Source of the DNA: Vulcanimicrobiota bacterium
Lineage (GTDB): Bacteria > Vulcanimicrobiota > Vulcanimicrobiia > Vulcanimicrobiales > Vulcanimicrobiaceae
NCBI GenBank assembly: GCA_963777315.1
Contig: CAVZQC010000006.1
Location: forward strand, 82,555 to 146,554
Length of the DNA: 64,000 nt
Direction: 5' to 3'
The translations under genes and the position numbers were made by a program. Shown here in pieces: positions 30,224 to 39,945 of this stretch. The notes beneath the pieces are model-generated. The model was not told the DNA's origin and ran no database searches. It saw nothing but the letters and a program-made list of their open reading frames with translations. The number at the start of each line of letters is the position of its first letter. Position 1 is the first letter of the stretch.

Positions 30224-32175
30224 GCAAGCACCTCGGCAGGACGTTCCAGCGAAATTTGCGTCGACGCCGGAGACTTCACGAGATTCCATTGCCCGCGCAC
30301 TTTCACCAGACCCAGGCGATCGCCGATGACGCAGCGCATGATGACGTCCATCATCGAGTCGGCCGACCGATCCCACGAGAACTCCGCGGCGCGCGCGAGG
30401 GCAGCGCGTTCGAGTCGAGCTCGTTCGCTGGGGTCGTGCAGGATGCGCAAGATCGGCTCGGACAAATCGCCGTCTTCGGCTATCGTGCGCCCGTTAAGTC
30501 CGTCGACGATCGCTTCACGCAAACCGGGCACATCGTACGACACGGCGGGCGTGCCGCAGGCGTTGGCCTCCACGACGGAAATGCCCCATCCCTCGATCTC
30601 CGAGGCGGAAACGAACACCCATGCCCCTTGCAAGAGCCGGCTCTTTCTTGCCTCGTCCACGAACCCTTCAAAGATCACTGCGTCCGCAATTCCACATTTG
30701 CGCGCATGGTGTTCCAGCCGGGCGCGATCGTCGCCGTCGCCGGCGATGTGCAGCACCGCATCCGGGATCGCTTGCCGCACGCCGTGCAGCGCATCGATAA
30801 TCCGATCGACGCGTTTATAGCGCTTCAGGCGTCCCAAGTACACCAAAGTCGGACGGGCAAATTTTTCGCCGGGCACCAGAGCGGCGTTCACGCCGTTTCG
30901 CACGATATCGATGGATTGGCGGGGTATGCCGATGCCGTGCATCGCTTCCCGCGTATCTTCGGAAACGGCGACGAATTTGCTGTTGCGGTACAGGCGCGGC
31001 ATCAGCCAGCACTCCATCCACGTCAGCACCAGCGCCAGCGGCGCGGCGAGATGATTGCGAAATACGTCTTTGTGCACGTGATGCACGACGCATATTTTCG
31101 GTTTCATCGAAAAGAGCGGGGAGAAAAACGGAATTCCGTTTTCGGCATCGAGGATCACGTCGAAGCGATCCCGGAAGTTGCGGGCGTATTCCAGAGGCAG
31201 CGCTGCGTACACCGTAAGGGCGTTGCCCACGCGAGTGATGCGGATCCCCTCGATCGTTTCGGTTGGCGGCGCGCCGGCAAACGACGCGGCAAGCCATTCG
31301 ACGGAGTGCCCTGCCGCTACCCAGCGCTTGCCGAGCTCGTGCAGGTACGTTTCGGCACCGCCGGCGGACGGATGCTTCGGATCGCGCCAGTTCAGCATGA
31401 GGATATTGAACCCGTCATGCACGCGGATGGGCTTGGTCGGAAACAATCGGTCGAACAACGGAACGACCACGCGCAAAAAAGAGTGGCGCATGCGCAGGCG
31501 CAAGATCGAGGCCAGCATGTGAGACGACGCCGGCAGGAGCTGAACTCTGGAGCCCTCGACGTCCCGCCAAACCGTCGCGCACTCCCGCACGCGCATTCCG
31601 GCGGCCTTCATCCCGAACAAAAGGTCGACGTCGAACGCAAAGTTTGCCGTTTCGACGCCGGGCAGAATTCTGCGAATGGACGCTGTGCGGAAAACCTTGG
31701 CGCCGCACTGCGTATCCGAAAAACGCAGCCCGAACAGCATTCGAATGCACGCGTTGAAGACGCGGCTTGCCACTCGCCGCCGAAACGGTTGAGCAATTTC
31801 CACGGTGGCTCCGGAAATCCAGCGCGATGCGATGACTGCGTCGTAATCGTGGAGCATTTCGCATAAGCGGCGCAACTCCGCGGCGGACGTTGCATGGTCC
31901 GCGTCAACATAGGCCACGATGGGCGCTCGCGCCAGCAAGAATCCCGCGCGAACTGCTCCGCCCTTTCCGACGGCCTCCTCGATGGACACGGCGGCAAGGT
32001 TGCCGATTTCGACGCGCAGGCGGCTGACTATGCTGCTCGTGGCGTCGGTGCATCCGTTGAGCACGACGACGATCTCCGAGTCGTCGAAGATCGCCGCATA
32101 GTCCCGCAGCGTCGATTCAATCCTGGCCGCCTCATTATGCGCGGGGATGATGATGGAGTATCGCGGCCGCATCAT
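30220..32175 (-). CDS. Fused GT2 (polyprenol-phosphate glycosyltransferase-like) and GT4
   Basis: IPAHNE, DAD, DTQCGAKVF, then NWRDPKHPSAGGAE and EGWGISVVEA. Confidence 0.9.
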   Translation of the reverse strand: MMRPRYSIIIPAHNEAARIESTLRDYAAIFDDSEIVVVLNGCTDATSSIVSRLRVEIGNLAAVSIEEAVGKGGAVRAGFLLARAPIVAYVDADHATSAAELRRLCEMLHDYDAVIASRWISGATVEIAQPFRRRVASRVFNACIRMLFGLRFSDTQCGAKVFRTASIRRILPGVETANFAFDVDLLFGMKAAGMRVRECATVWRDVEGSRVQLLPASSHMLASILRLRMRHSFLRVVVPLFDRLFPTKPIRVHDGFNILMLNWRDPKHPSAGGAETYLHELGKRWVAAGHSVEWLAASFAGAPPTETIEGIRITRVGNALTVYAALPLEYARNFRDRFDVILDAENGIPFFSPLFSMKPKICVVHHVHKDVFRNHLAAPLALVLTWMECWLMPRLYRNSKFVAVSEDTREAMHGIGIPRQSIDIVRNGVNAALVPGEKFARPTLVYLGRLKRYKRVDRIIDALHGVRQAIPDAVLHIAGDGDDRARLEHHARKCGIADAVIFEGFVDEARKSRLLQGAWVFVSASEIEGWGISVVEANACGTPAVSYDVPGLREAIVDGLNGRTIAEDGDLSEPILRILHDPSERARLERAALARAAEFSWDRSADSMMDVIMRCVIGDRLGLVKVRGQWNLVKSPASTQISLERPAEVLA

Positions 32176-33491
32176 GCTGCCTCCGGTGCTGCGGTCCGGG
32201 CGGCCTTCGTCCGAATCGCTACCCCGTACAAACACCCGGCTACCGCGATCGCGTTGCCGATCAACAGAACGTGTATGACGTCCCAAAGCGTACGATGGTA
32301 AAACGCGATCGCCAGCACTTCTCCAAGGACGACCGCACCGAGCATATAGAGGAAGTCGAATTGGTGCAGGCCGATTTTATAGTTGACCAGCAGCGTGAGT
32401 ACGGCCAGCATGCCCATCGCGCAGCCGTACGGAAAAACGAACGGCGCAGCTGCGGCGAAGGCGCCCCCTGCGACGAATCGCAGAACTTCCGCAGGCATGC
32501 AGGCGAATATCGCAAGAGCTCCGCCCAGCAAAAGCAGCGTTACCGATCCGGCCTGGGCCAGCATCGGGAGCGGATTTTCGCCGCTCGTGCTCTTGCCGAC
32601 GGCCTTGGGCAGCACGACGGCCGGGATGAAGGCGGCCAGAAAAAGGACGATCTTTCCGCTGAGATTTACGGCCGCATAGAGCCCTGCTTGCCGCGGCTCG
32701 AAGTAGTGCTTTACGAGCAGGACGTCCATGAAGCTGATGAACGTGAGGAACCCCGTCGCTAGTCCGACGCCCGCCGTGGTTTGCATCAGGCGGCGCAGGT
32801 CGAGCGATAACGGCACGGGGAGAGCCGCGGCGCTGCCGTGCTTGCGCAAGACGGCGCCGATCGTATACGCCAGCGCGCACGCGGTTCCGACGATCCATCC
32901 GAACATTGCGCCGCGAACGCCGAACCCGGCGTACACCAGCGCGATCGCGAGCAGCACTTTGATCGATGCTTCGAGCACCGCCGAAATGCTATAGCGTAGA
33001 AAGTCCTGCTCGCCCTGAAGAATGCCGCGCACGCTGGGCGTCATCAATCCGAGCGCGATAATGCCTAAAGCAAGAACGATGGCGATATCGTTCGGTATGC
33101 GCAGAAACGAAGCTATCTCGGCGCGCAGCAGCAAACCCAAGGCGAGGGCGATGATGCCCGCTATGCCCGTCCATTTGAGCAAAACCTGCGAAAGGCGCCG
33201 CACCCGCCCGGCGTCGCCTGCGGCGTGAAAAACGGCGGAGTACTTGACGACGACCAAGGTGAGCACCGACGTCGGGATCGACAAAATCATCAGGAAGCTC
33301 ACCAGCGACGACAAGGTCGCGAATCCTTCGACTCCGAGCCGGCGGCTGAGCGCAAAATTGAATAAGTAGTTCAGGACGTTTGCGGCCATCGTCGCGCCGA
33401 ACACCAGCGCGCTATGGCGCACGAAGTCGTTACGAAGCGCCCGCTGCACCGGAAGCGCCATGCGGCGCATCGCCAGACCGTTGACCGTCAT
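32172..33491 (-). CDS. Wzx-like polysaccharide flippase
   Basis: About 12 TM segments; NVLNYLFNFALSRRLG and AGLYAA. Confidence 0.8.
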   Translation of the reverse strand: MTVNGLAMRRMALPVQRALRNDFVRHSALVFGATMAANVLNYLFNFALSRRLGVEGFATLSSLVSFLMILSIPTSVLTLVVVKYSAVFHAAGDAGRVRRLSQVLLKWTGIAGIIALALGLLLRAEIASFLRIPNDIAIVLALGIIALGLMTPSVRGILQGEQDFLRYSISAVLEASIKVLLAIALVYAGFGVRGAMFGWIVGTACALAYTIGAVLRKHGSAAALPVPLSLDLRRLMQTTAGVGLATGFLTFISFMDVLLVKHYFEPRQAGLYAAVNLSGKIVLFLAAFIPAVVLPKAVGKSTSGENPLPMLAQAGSVTLLLLGGALAIFACMPAEVLRFVAGGAFAAAAPFVFPYGCAMGMLAVLTLLVNYKIGLHQFDFLYMLGAVVLGEVLAIAFYHRTLWDVIHVLLIGNAIAVAGCLYGVAIRTKAARTAAPEAA

Positions 33492-35107
33492 GCGATCGGT
33501 GCCTCGCGGTTCTCCGGCGGACTGGGCAAATTCCGGGCGAACTTCTGCACGATCAGGTTGAAGGCGATGCCCAATTCCTCGACGTCCAGCAACCGCGCCA
33601 TCGCAACGAACGCCAGCGCTCCAATGGCAATCTGGCCGAACAAGAACCACGCGCGCGAAATGAACGTGTGCGCCGGCTCGACGCCTAGCGCCGCTATCCA
33701 ATGCAGCGTTGCTACCATCACGCCGGAACTGACGGCAATTTTGAGCGTCGAAAGCCCCAGAGTGCGCCAATCGATGCGGTGGACCAGCCGCTGCACCAAA
33801 ACCAGCAGCATGACGGCTTGCATGGATTGGCTGAGCGAATTCGCCAGCAGCAGGCCGCGCGCGCCCAGCGTCGGCAGCCACAGCACCGACAGCAGCACGT
33901 TGACGACGACCGTGAACACCGAGATGGCGACGGTCCAGCTCGTTTCCTTGCAGGCAAACGCGCAGCGCGTCAGCACGACGTTCGCCGCCAGCGCCACCAA
34001 ACCGATCGCCGCATACGGCAGCAGTCCGGCGCATAGATCCGTCGCCGTCGATTTGAACGTTCCGCGCTCGAACAGAGTCTGCACGATCGGATGGGCCAGC
34101 ACCATCAGCGCGCACACGCTGGGAATCGTGATGAAGTTGACCAGCCGCAGGCCCATCGTCACGCTCTTGCCGACCGCCAACCGGTTTTCGCGGGCGAAAT
34201 GGGACGCCAGCAGCGGAAAGATCACCGTCGCGATTGCCGCGGCGAAAATCTGCTGCGGAAAGTTGACCAGCTTGGTGGCATAGTTCATGCCGGCCATGTA
34301 ACCCGGAGTCAGCGTCGAGGCAAAATAGCGATCGAAAAAGATGGCGATTTGCCCCGCAGCCGAGCCCACGATGATCGGTCCGAGCATGTCCCACATGCGG
34401 CGCAAGCCCGGGTGGCGCAGATCCAGGGTGAAACGGTACCGGCGCGTGAACAGCAGCGTGGGCACCTGCACGAGCATCTGCGCGGACAAGCCCAGTGCGG
34501 TGCCGAGAACCAATGCGTAGATGCCGAAGCGATGGTTGAGCGCCACTACGCACGCAATCGTCACCGCGTTCACGGCAATGCCGGTGAGCGACGCGGTGCG
34601 AAAGCGCTGATGCGCGTTGAGCACGGCGCTCAGCACGCCCGCAAGACTGACGGCAATGATGCTGGGCATGAGCCAGCGCGTCATCCGGATCGCGACGGCC
34701 ATTTGCGGGCCGGGAAACCCGTGCGCGATGAAGGGTACGTATACGGGCGCAAAAACGTAGCCCAGCACCGCACAACCCGTCAGGACGATGAGCAGGCCGT
34801 TGATGATCGTGTTTGCCAAACGCCAGCCTTCGTCGTCTTTGCCGCCGGCGATATATTCGGTGAACGTGGGCACCAGCGCGCTCACCAGCGCACCGTTGAA
34901 AACGCCGAAAAGGATCGTCGGAATGACGGCAGCGGCAAGAAACGTGTCCATCTCCCACTGCGTGCCGTAGTAGCGCGCATTGACCACCTCGCGGACGAAA
35001 CCCAGCAGCGTCGATCCCAGCGTAGCGGCAATGACGAACAGCGCCGAGCCTGCCAGCGCGGCGTGGGATTTTTGGTCGGGGGTGACGATGCGCAGCTGCG
35101 GTTTAAT
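33488..35107 (-). CDS. murJ: MurJ/MviN lipid II flippase (putative ATT start)
   Basis: LLGFVRE, ALVPTF, DRYFAS, AIATVIFP and LFERG. Confidence 0.88.
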   Translation of the reverse strand: MKPQLRIVTPDQKSHAALAGSALFVIAATLGSTLLGFVREVVNARYYGTQWEMDTFLAAAVIPTILFGVFNGALVSALVPTFTEYIAGGKDDEGWRLANTIINGLLIVLTGCAVLGYVFAPVYVPFIAHGFPGPQMAVAIRMTRWLMPSIIAVSLAGVLSAVLNAHQRFRTASLTGIAVNAVTIACVVALNHRFGIYALVLGTALGLSAQMLVQVPTLLFTRRYRFTLDLRHPGLRRMWDMLGPIIVGSAAGQIAIFFDRYFASTLTPGYMAGMNYATKLVNFPQQIFAAAIATVIFPLLASHFARENRLAVGKSVTMGLRLVNFITIPSVCALMVLAHPIVQTLFERGTFKSTATDLCAGLLPYAAIGLVALAANVVLTRCAFACKETSWTVAISVFTVVVNVLLSVLWLPTLGARGLLLANSLSQSMQAVMLLVLVQRLVHRIDWRTLGLSTLKIAVSSGVMVATLHWIAALGVEPAHTFISRAWFLFGQIAIGALAFVAMARLLDVEELGIAFNLIVQKFARNLPSPPENREAPIA

Positions 35108-35780
35108 GCGCGCCGTCCTTTCGAATGACGGCCGGAATCGTTCTGATCAATATCCCGATGTCGCCCAGCGGCGACCACGTATCGATGTACTCGTTGTCCA
35201 GGCGCATCCACTCTTCGAACGAAACGCTGCAGCGGCCGTTGATTTGCCACAGGCAGGTAATGCCCGGAATGACCGCGAGGCGCCGCAGCGCGTACGGCGT
35301 GTAATGCTCGACTTCGCTGGGCAGCGGCGGCCGGGGGCCGACGAGCGACATCTCGCCCCGCAGCACGTTGAACAAGTTGGGCAGCTCGTCGATACTGGTT
35401 CGGCGCAGCAGTTTGCCCAGCGGATGCACGCGCGGATCGTTTTTGATCTTGAACACGGGACCGTCCGCTTCGTTCAAGTGCACGAGATCGTCGCGCATTT
35501 CATGCGCGCCTTCCACCATGGTGCGCAGTTTGAACATGCGAAAGTGCCGGCCGCCGCGTCCCACGCGCTGCTGGCAGTAGAACGGCGATCCGCGATCGAC
35601 CAGCACGATCGCAAGCGCCGCCAGCCCGATGACCGGGAGTGCGGCGGCGGTGAGAAGCACGCCGAGTACGAGGTCGGTCAGACGCTTGACGAGGGGCCAG
35701 GCCGCGGGAATATTTCGAGGCGCACTCGTCTGCCCGTATTCGGCCGGCGCGATGCGGCGCCGTTCGTCCGCTAGTTGCAC
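35103..35780 (-). CDS. Priming undecaprenyl-phosphate sugar phosphotransferase
   Basis: KRLTD, KLRTM, DPRV, SIDELPNLFNVLRGEMSLVGPRP and PGITCLWQ. Confidence 0.93.
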   Translation of the reverse strand: MQLADERRRIAPAEYGQTSAPRNIPAAWPLVKRLTDLVLGVLLTAAALPVIGLAALAIVLVDRGSPFYCQQRVGRGGRHFRMFKLRTMVEGAHEMRDDLVHLNEADGPVFKIKNDPRVHPLGKLLRRTSIDELPNLFNVLRGEMSLVGPRPPLPSEVEHYTPYALRRLAVIPGITCLWQINGRCSVSFEEWMRLDNEYIDTWSPLGDIGILIRTIPAVIRKDGAH

Positions 35781-36916
35781 GCGGCCTCGCGGCTGTGCAG
35801 CGAAAAAGCTGCAGCGACCGTTTTGCCGACGTAATCCATTCCCTCGATGATGCCGAGATCGGCGCCGTCGCGGCGGCCGCCGACATGAACGAACGGCACG
35901 TACTCGCGAGTGTGATCGGTGCCGGGCGCGGTCGGATCGCAGCCGTGGTCCGCAGTGAAGATCATTTCGTCGCCCGGGCGCAGGAGCGATTCCAGCCTGG
36001 GAAGCAGTGCGTCGAGCGCGCCGAGCGCATCGGCATATCCGCGAACGTTGCGGCGATGCCCGTATTTTGAATCGAAGTCATTGAGGTTCACGAAGACAAA
36101 GCCGCTTTCGATCCGCTCGAGCAGATCGAACGTCTTTTCCATAGCATCACGATTATCGGCAACGCGCACCGACGTCTCTATGCCGCGTCCACAATAGATA
36201 TCGCAGATTTTCCCCACCGCGTGAATGGGAACGCCCTTGCCCGCCAGCTCGTCAAGGATGCTCGGCGGCGGTTCGATTGCGTAGTCGCGGCGGTTCGCCG
36301 TGCGCAAAAAAGCGCCGGGCCGTCCGATGAACGGGCGAGCGATAACACGATTGACCGCGTGCGGTCCAGTCAGCATTGCGCGCGCGCGCTCGCACCAATC
36401 ATAGAGCATCGGCAGCGGAACGACGCCCTCGTGCGCGGCCACTTGAAATACCGAATCCGCCGAGGTGTAAAGGATCGGGCGGCCGGTCGCGATGTGCTGC
36501 GGGCCCAGCTCCTCAATGATCTGCGTGCCGGACGCAGTGGTATTTCCAAGCGGTTCTTTGCCGGTGATGCGCGTGAACTTGTCGACTACTTCGGACGGAA
36601 AACCGCCCGGATACGTCGGGAATGGTACGTCGGTAACGATGCCGGCCATTTCCCAATGGCCCGTAATGGTATCTTTACCTTTGCTGCGCTCGGCAAGCCG
36701 GGCAACACGCGCGGCGGGAGCGGAAACGGACGCGACGCCGGCGATGTCCGTCAGCATACCGAGTCCCAATCGCTCGAAATTGGGCAACCGCAAGCCGCCT
36801 ACGGCGCGAGCGGTGTTTCCAAGGGTATTAGCGCCCGGAGCATCGCCGTACCGCTGCGCATCCGGCAACGCACCCACACCCCCCGAATCGAGAACGATCG
36901 TCACAAATCGGGTCAT
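35771..36916 (-). CDS. deoB: Phosphopentomutase
   Basis: IVLDSGG, GKDTITGHWE, YTSADSV and TADHGCDPT..TDHTRE. Confidence 0.96.
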   Translation of the reverse strand: MTRFVTIVLDSGGVGALPDAQRYGDAPGANTLGNTARAVGGLRLPNFERLGLGMLTDIAGVASVSAPAARVARLAERSKGKDTITGHWEMAGIVTDVPFPTYPGGFPSEVVDKFTRITGKEPLGNTTASGTQIIEELGPQHIATGRPILYTSADSVFQVAAHEGVVPLPMLYDWCERARAMLTGPHAVNRVIARPFIGRPGAFLRTANRRDYAIEPPPSILDELAGKGVPIHAVGKICDIYCGRGIETSVRVADNRDAMEKTFDLLERIESGFVFVNLNDFDSKYGHRRNVRGYADALGALDALLPRLESLLRPGDEMIFTADHGCDPTAPGTDHTREYVPFVHVGGRRDGADLGIIEGMDYVGKTVAAAFSLHSREAACN

Positions 36917-36997
36917 TGATCTTTCGCGATTCGCAGCCGCGCAAGGCCGCGCCTTCCGCAAGAGGCTCCGTTTCGAGCATCCCGAATCGGGCGGCTC

Positions 36998-38725
36998 GTG
37001 CTTTTTCTGCTCTTGGGCATCTTGCTTCACGTCAATGCGAGCAGCGTTCGATTCTACTACGATCGGTTTTTATTGGAAGCGGACGGCAACGTGAAGGTAC
37101 GCACGAGCGACGGCATGACGATGACCGGCGACGCATTTTCGATGGACCTCAAACTCAATCGCTTCGTGCTGGGCGGGCACGTGCACGTTCGCGATGCCGC
37201 GGGCGCGCAGGACGGCGCAGCGCTGGCGGATTTTTTAGACTACGATCGGATCTATTTCGTCCCTATTCTGGGCTCGATGCCGGATCGCTGGACCTTCCTG
37301 AACGGCGATTTCGCGCATCCGGCAAAAGGCCGCCAAATGCCCGGCGACACGTTCTTCTTTCCGGACTTGGGCGCGAGCAGCCCGTTTCTGATCTCGACGA
37401 GCGCAATCGTCGGCACGCGATCGTTCGTGCGCTTTTCCGGTAACCGCATCGACCTTGCCGGCGGGCTGGGCGCATACGTTCCGACGCCATCGTATTACGT
37501 CAACTTCTCGGACGACCAGCATTTGGGAGACAACTCGCTGGCGGGTGCGAATTACGACGCCACCTGGGAGTTCGCGGGCGGCGCGCACGCGATCAGCGCG
37601 CTGCATTTTCGGTACGACACGGTGAACAAAACGTATCTTTCATTCGAACAGCACCTGAGCGGTTCGAAAGCGTACGCCGTGTTCTCGATCAACCCGATGA
37701 CGCGACCTTCGAAATTTTGGGACCTCGTGCTCTCGGATAAACCGTCGGCTACGTTTCAAGTCCGAACCTTCACGCAGCTGCACACTTTTGGGCACTGGCT
37801 CTCCCAGCCCGACGAGTCGCGCCAGTTCACCGTATTGCAGGCCGTTCAAGCGCTGCCGCGCTCGTTCGTGCAGCTCAGCGTCACCGATACGAATTTTTCG
37901 CTTTTGCCGCCGGCCCCCCAGGGTTACCACGGCATGGTGCCCGTCATCGATCATCCCTGGCAGATGCTGCTGAGCGCGCAGACGTTCGATCACCGCATCG
38001 GCAAACTTCCGCTGTACGAACGAATCGGATACGGCTTCGGCTACACCCACGACGCCGTGGGGCTGCAGACGCTGCAAGGCGCCACGTATACGACGATTTG
38101 GCAGCACGATCTCGATCTGCAGGCTTACGTCCCGTCGCTCAAGCTGGGCAGCAGCGCGCTGGAATCGAAAAATTATTACCTCAACGCCGCGTTCGAAAAA
38201 AATCGAACCTGGAGCTCGGTGCCGCACTACGTCGATCTCACGACTACGCGGTTCAGCTTGAGCCGCGTCTTCGACCGGCATTTCGTATCGTTCCTGAACT
38301 ACTCGGTGCAGAACATCGGCGACTACTACGGCGCGCTGCAGAACTTTGCGTATCCGTCCTTCGTCCCGGTGGTGAACGGCACCGCGTATCCGGGCTATGC
38401 CGCCTTCCAGGGAAAAGCCACGTTCCGCGAACTCGCGCTGGGCGTCAATTACGGCAACGCCGGCAACCTGGCCGCGTCTTTGCTCCTGCGCAAGCACGAC
38501 GACTTTCCGGCTCCGGTTCCCGGGCTGTTCCAGCCGCCGCCGCTGGACGTGCTGGGGCGCCAAATCAACGGGCAAGACTATTTGGGCGAACCGCCTTACG
38601 ACGTGACGGCGGACGTGCGCGTGCGCGTCAACTCGCACATGTCGGTCGACGTGTCGCGAGCGTATTATTTCAACTTCGGCAACCAGCGCTGGAGCCCGCA
38701 GTTCATCATTCAGGTAATGCAGTGA
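36998..38725 (+). CDS. Putative outer-membrane LptD/OstA-like protein
   Basis: Signal peptide, jellyroll-like EADGNVKV...GHVHV, then aromatic amphipathic beta-strands. Confidence 0.55.
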   Translation: MLFLLLGILLHVNASSVRFYYDRFLLEADGNVKVRTSDGMTMTGDAFSMDLKLNRFVLGGHVHVRDAAGAQDGAALADFLDYDRIYFVPILGSMPDRWTFLNGDFAHPAKGRQMPGDTFFFPDLGASSPFLISTSAIVGTRSFVRFSGNRIDLAGGLGAYVPTPSYYVNFSDDQHLGDNSLAGANYDATWEFAGGAHAISALHFRYDTVNKTYLSFEQHLSGSKAYAVFSINPMTRPSKFWDLVLSDKPSATFQVRTFTQLHTFGHWLSQPDESRQFTVLQAVQALPRSFVQLSVTDTNFSLLPPAPQGYHGMVPVIDHPWQMLLSAQTFDHRIGKLPLYERIGYGFGYTHDAVGLQTLQGATYTTIWQHDLDLQAYVPSLKLGSSALESKNYYLNAAFEKNRTWSSVPHYVDLTTTRFSLSRVFDRHFVSFLNYSVQNIGDYYGALQNFAYPSFVPVVNGTAYPGYAAFQGKATFRELALGVNYGNAGNLAASLLLRKHDDFPAPVPGLFQPPPLDVLGRQINGQDYLGEPPYDVTADVRVRVNSHMSVDVSRAYYFNFGNQRWSPQFIIQVMQ

Positions 38726-39507
38726 AACGCGCGCTTTCGGCCGTTGCGCTCGCGCTCGTACTGGCCGGCGCCGCGACGGGCGCAACGACTGTCACGGGAC
38801 AAATTTTGGACTACGAAAGGGGCTATCTGTTCTTCACCACGGGTGACGGCTTTCGCGTTGCGCCCGATGCGACGATCGTCGGCGTTCCGCGAGCGCGCCG
38901 CTACGCGCGCGTCACCTTCGACGCTTCCGGCACGATCGTGCGGGTGGAAGTTTCTTCGCTCAAGCTGCCGCCTGAAGGCGATCTCGGCGCGCTCGCACGC
39001 TTTGCCGTCGCGATGTCCACGCCGGCACCCAATCCGGACCTTGCGCCCGCTCAAAGAGCCGGTCGCTGCTCGCGCACCGTGCGCGGCAAGCTCGTCGCCG
39101 TAACGATCAACGTTCAAGTGCCGCCGACCACTGCACTGACCGACACGGTGTACATGACCAGCGACCAAAGCGGATGGAACGCTCAAGCATACAGACTCGA
39201 TCGCATCGACGCACTGCACTACCGCACCATGCTCAAGCTGTACTCCGGAACCACCATGCACGTGCTGTTCGATCGCGGATCGGCGCAATCGATTCAGGTC
39301 GCGGAAAACGGCATCGAGCAGCAGCCCTATCTGCTGTGCATCGGCGACGAAGACGCGCAGGCGTTTCGCAGCGTGGTCTACCGCTGGGCCGACGAACAAA
39401 GCGGTCCCGGCGGCCAGATACCGCAGACGTTTCCCACGCCCTACAATCCCGCGCCGTTTCCGAACCTGCCCACGCCGCCGCCGCGGCCTTCGCCGCTACC
39501 GCACTGA
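38722..39507 (+). CDS. Secreted protein with a CBM20-like domain and Pro-rich tail
   Basis: VTINVQVPPTT..DTVYMT..GWN..V.RWAD. GTGA overlap with the upstream gene. Confidence 0.55.
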   Translation: MKRALSAVALALVLAGAATGATTVTGQILDYERGYLFFTTGDGFRVAPDATIVGVPRARRYARVTFDASGTIVRVEVSSLKLPPEGDLGALARFAVAMSTPAPNPDLAPAQRAGRCSRTVRGKLVAVTINVQVPPTTALTDTVYMTSDQSGWNAQAYRLDRIDALHYRTMLKLYSGTTMHVLFDRGSAQSIQVAENGIEQQPYLLCIGDEDAQAFRSVVYRWADEQSGPGGQIPQTFPTPYNPAPFPNLPTPPPRPSPLPH

Positions 39508-39945
39508 TATCGGCAGGTCGCGCTCGACGCTGCCTGCGCCGTTCGATGCCTGAATCTGCGCGGTGTACCGGCCGCGCAGAAAAAACGGAATGTGCGGCAA
39601 GCGATACGTCCACTCCCAAATGCCGGCGTGCGTTTGCGGAATATGGACGGTATGCCCGGCCAGATGAATTTGCACGCTGGCCACGTTGGTCGAAGTCACG
39701 ATCGTGCCGCTCACCGTTTCGCCGCTGTGAAACACGGGGTCGCTCAGCATCACCGCCAAAATTTGCGGCGGCGCATTGTCCGGCAAAACCAGGGGCGTGG
39801 GCAGCGGGGACGGCGACGGCGCGGCTTGCGCTCCGGGGGCAGGAACCGGTGAAGGCAAGGGCAGCGCCGGCGGCATTTGCGCGGTTGCCAGCACGAGCGC
39901 CGCTGCGGCAAAGAGCCGTGCGATCGGCACGCCGTTCGATCTCAC
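39496..39945 (-). CDS. Exported Pro-rich protein with an Ig-like domain (paralog 1)
   Basis: PPQILAV..SGTIVTSTNVASV..PFFLRGRY, shared with the neighbouring ORF. Confidence 0.65.
   Translation of the reverse strand: MRSNGVPIARLFAAAALVLATAQMPPALPLPSPVPAPGAQAAPSPSPLPTPLVLPDNAPPQILAVMLSDPVFHSGETVSGTIVTSTNVASVQIHLAGHTVHIPQTHAGIWEWTYRLPHIPFFLRGRYTAQIQASNGAGSVERDLPISVR

Noticed and set aside
29785..31866. Long antisense or alternate-frame ORFs (for example 29785-31866 +, 4720-6381 +, 45972-48356 -, 48420-49889 -, 55222-56688 -, 60564-62228 -, 21152-23395 +)
   Set aside because: These are shadows of well-supported genes. They are expected at high GC and show no motifs.
32172..34958. 928-aa ORF suggesting a giant flippase fusion
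   Set aside because: Only 32172-33491 is Wzx-like. The upstream part is an off-frame overlap of murJ.
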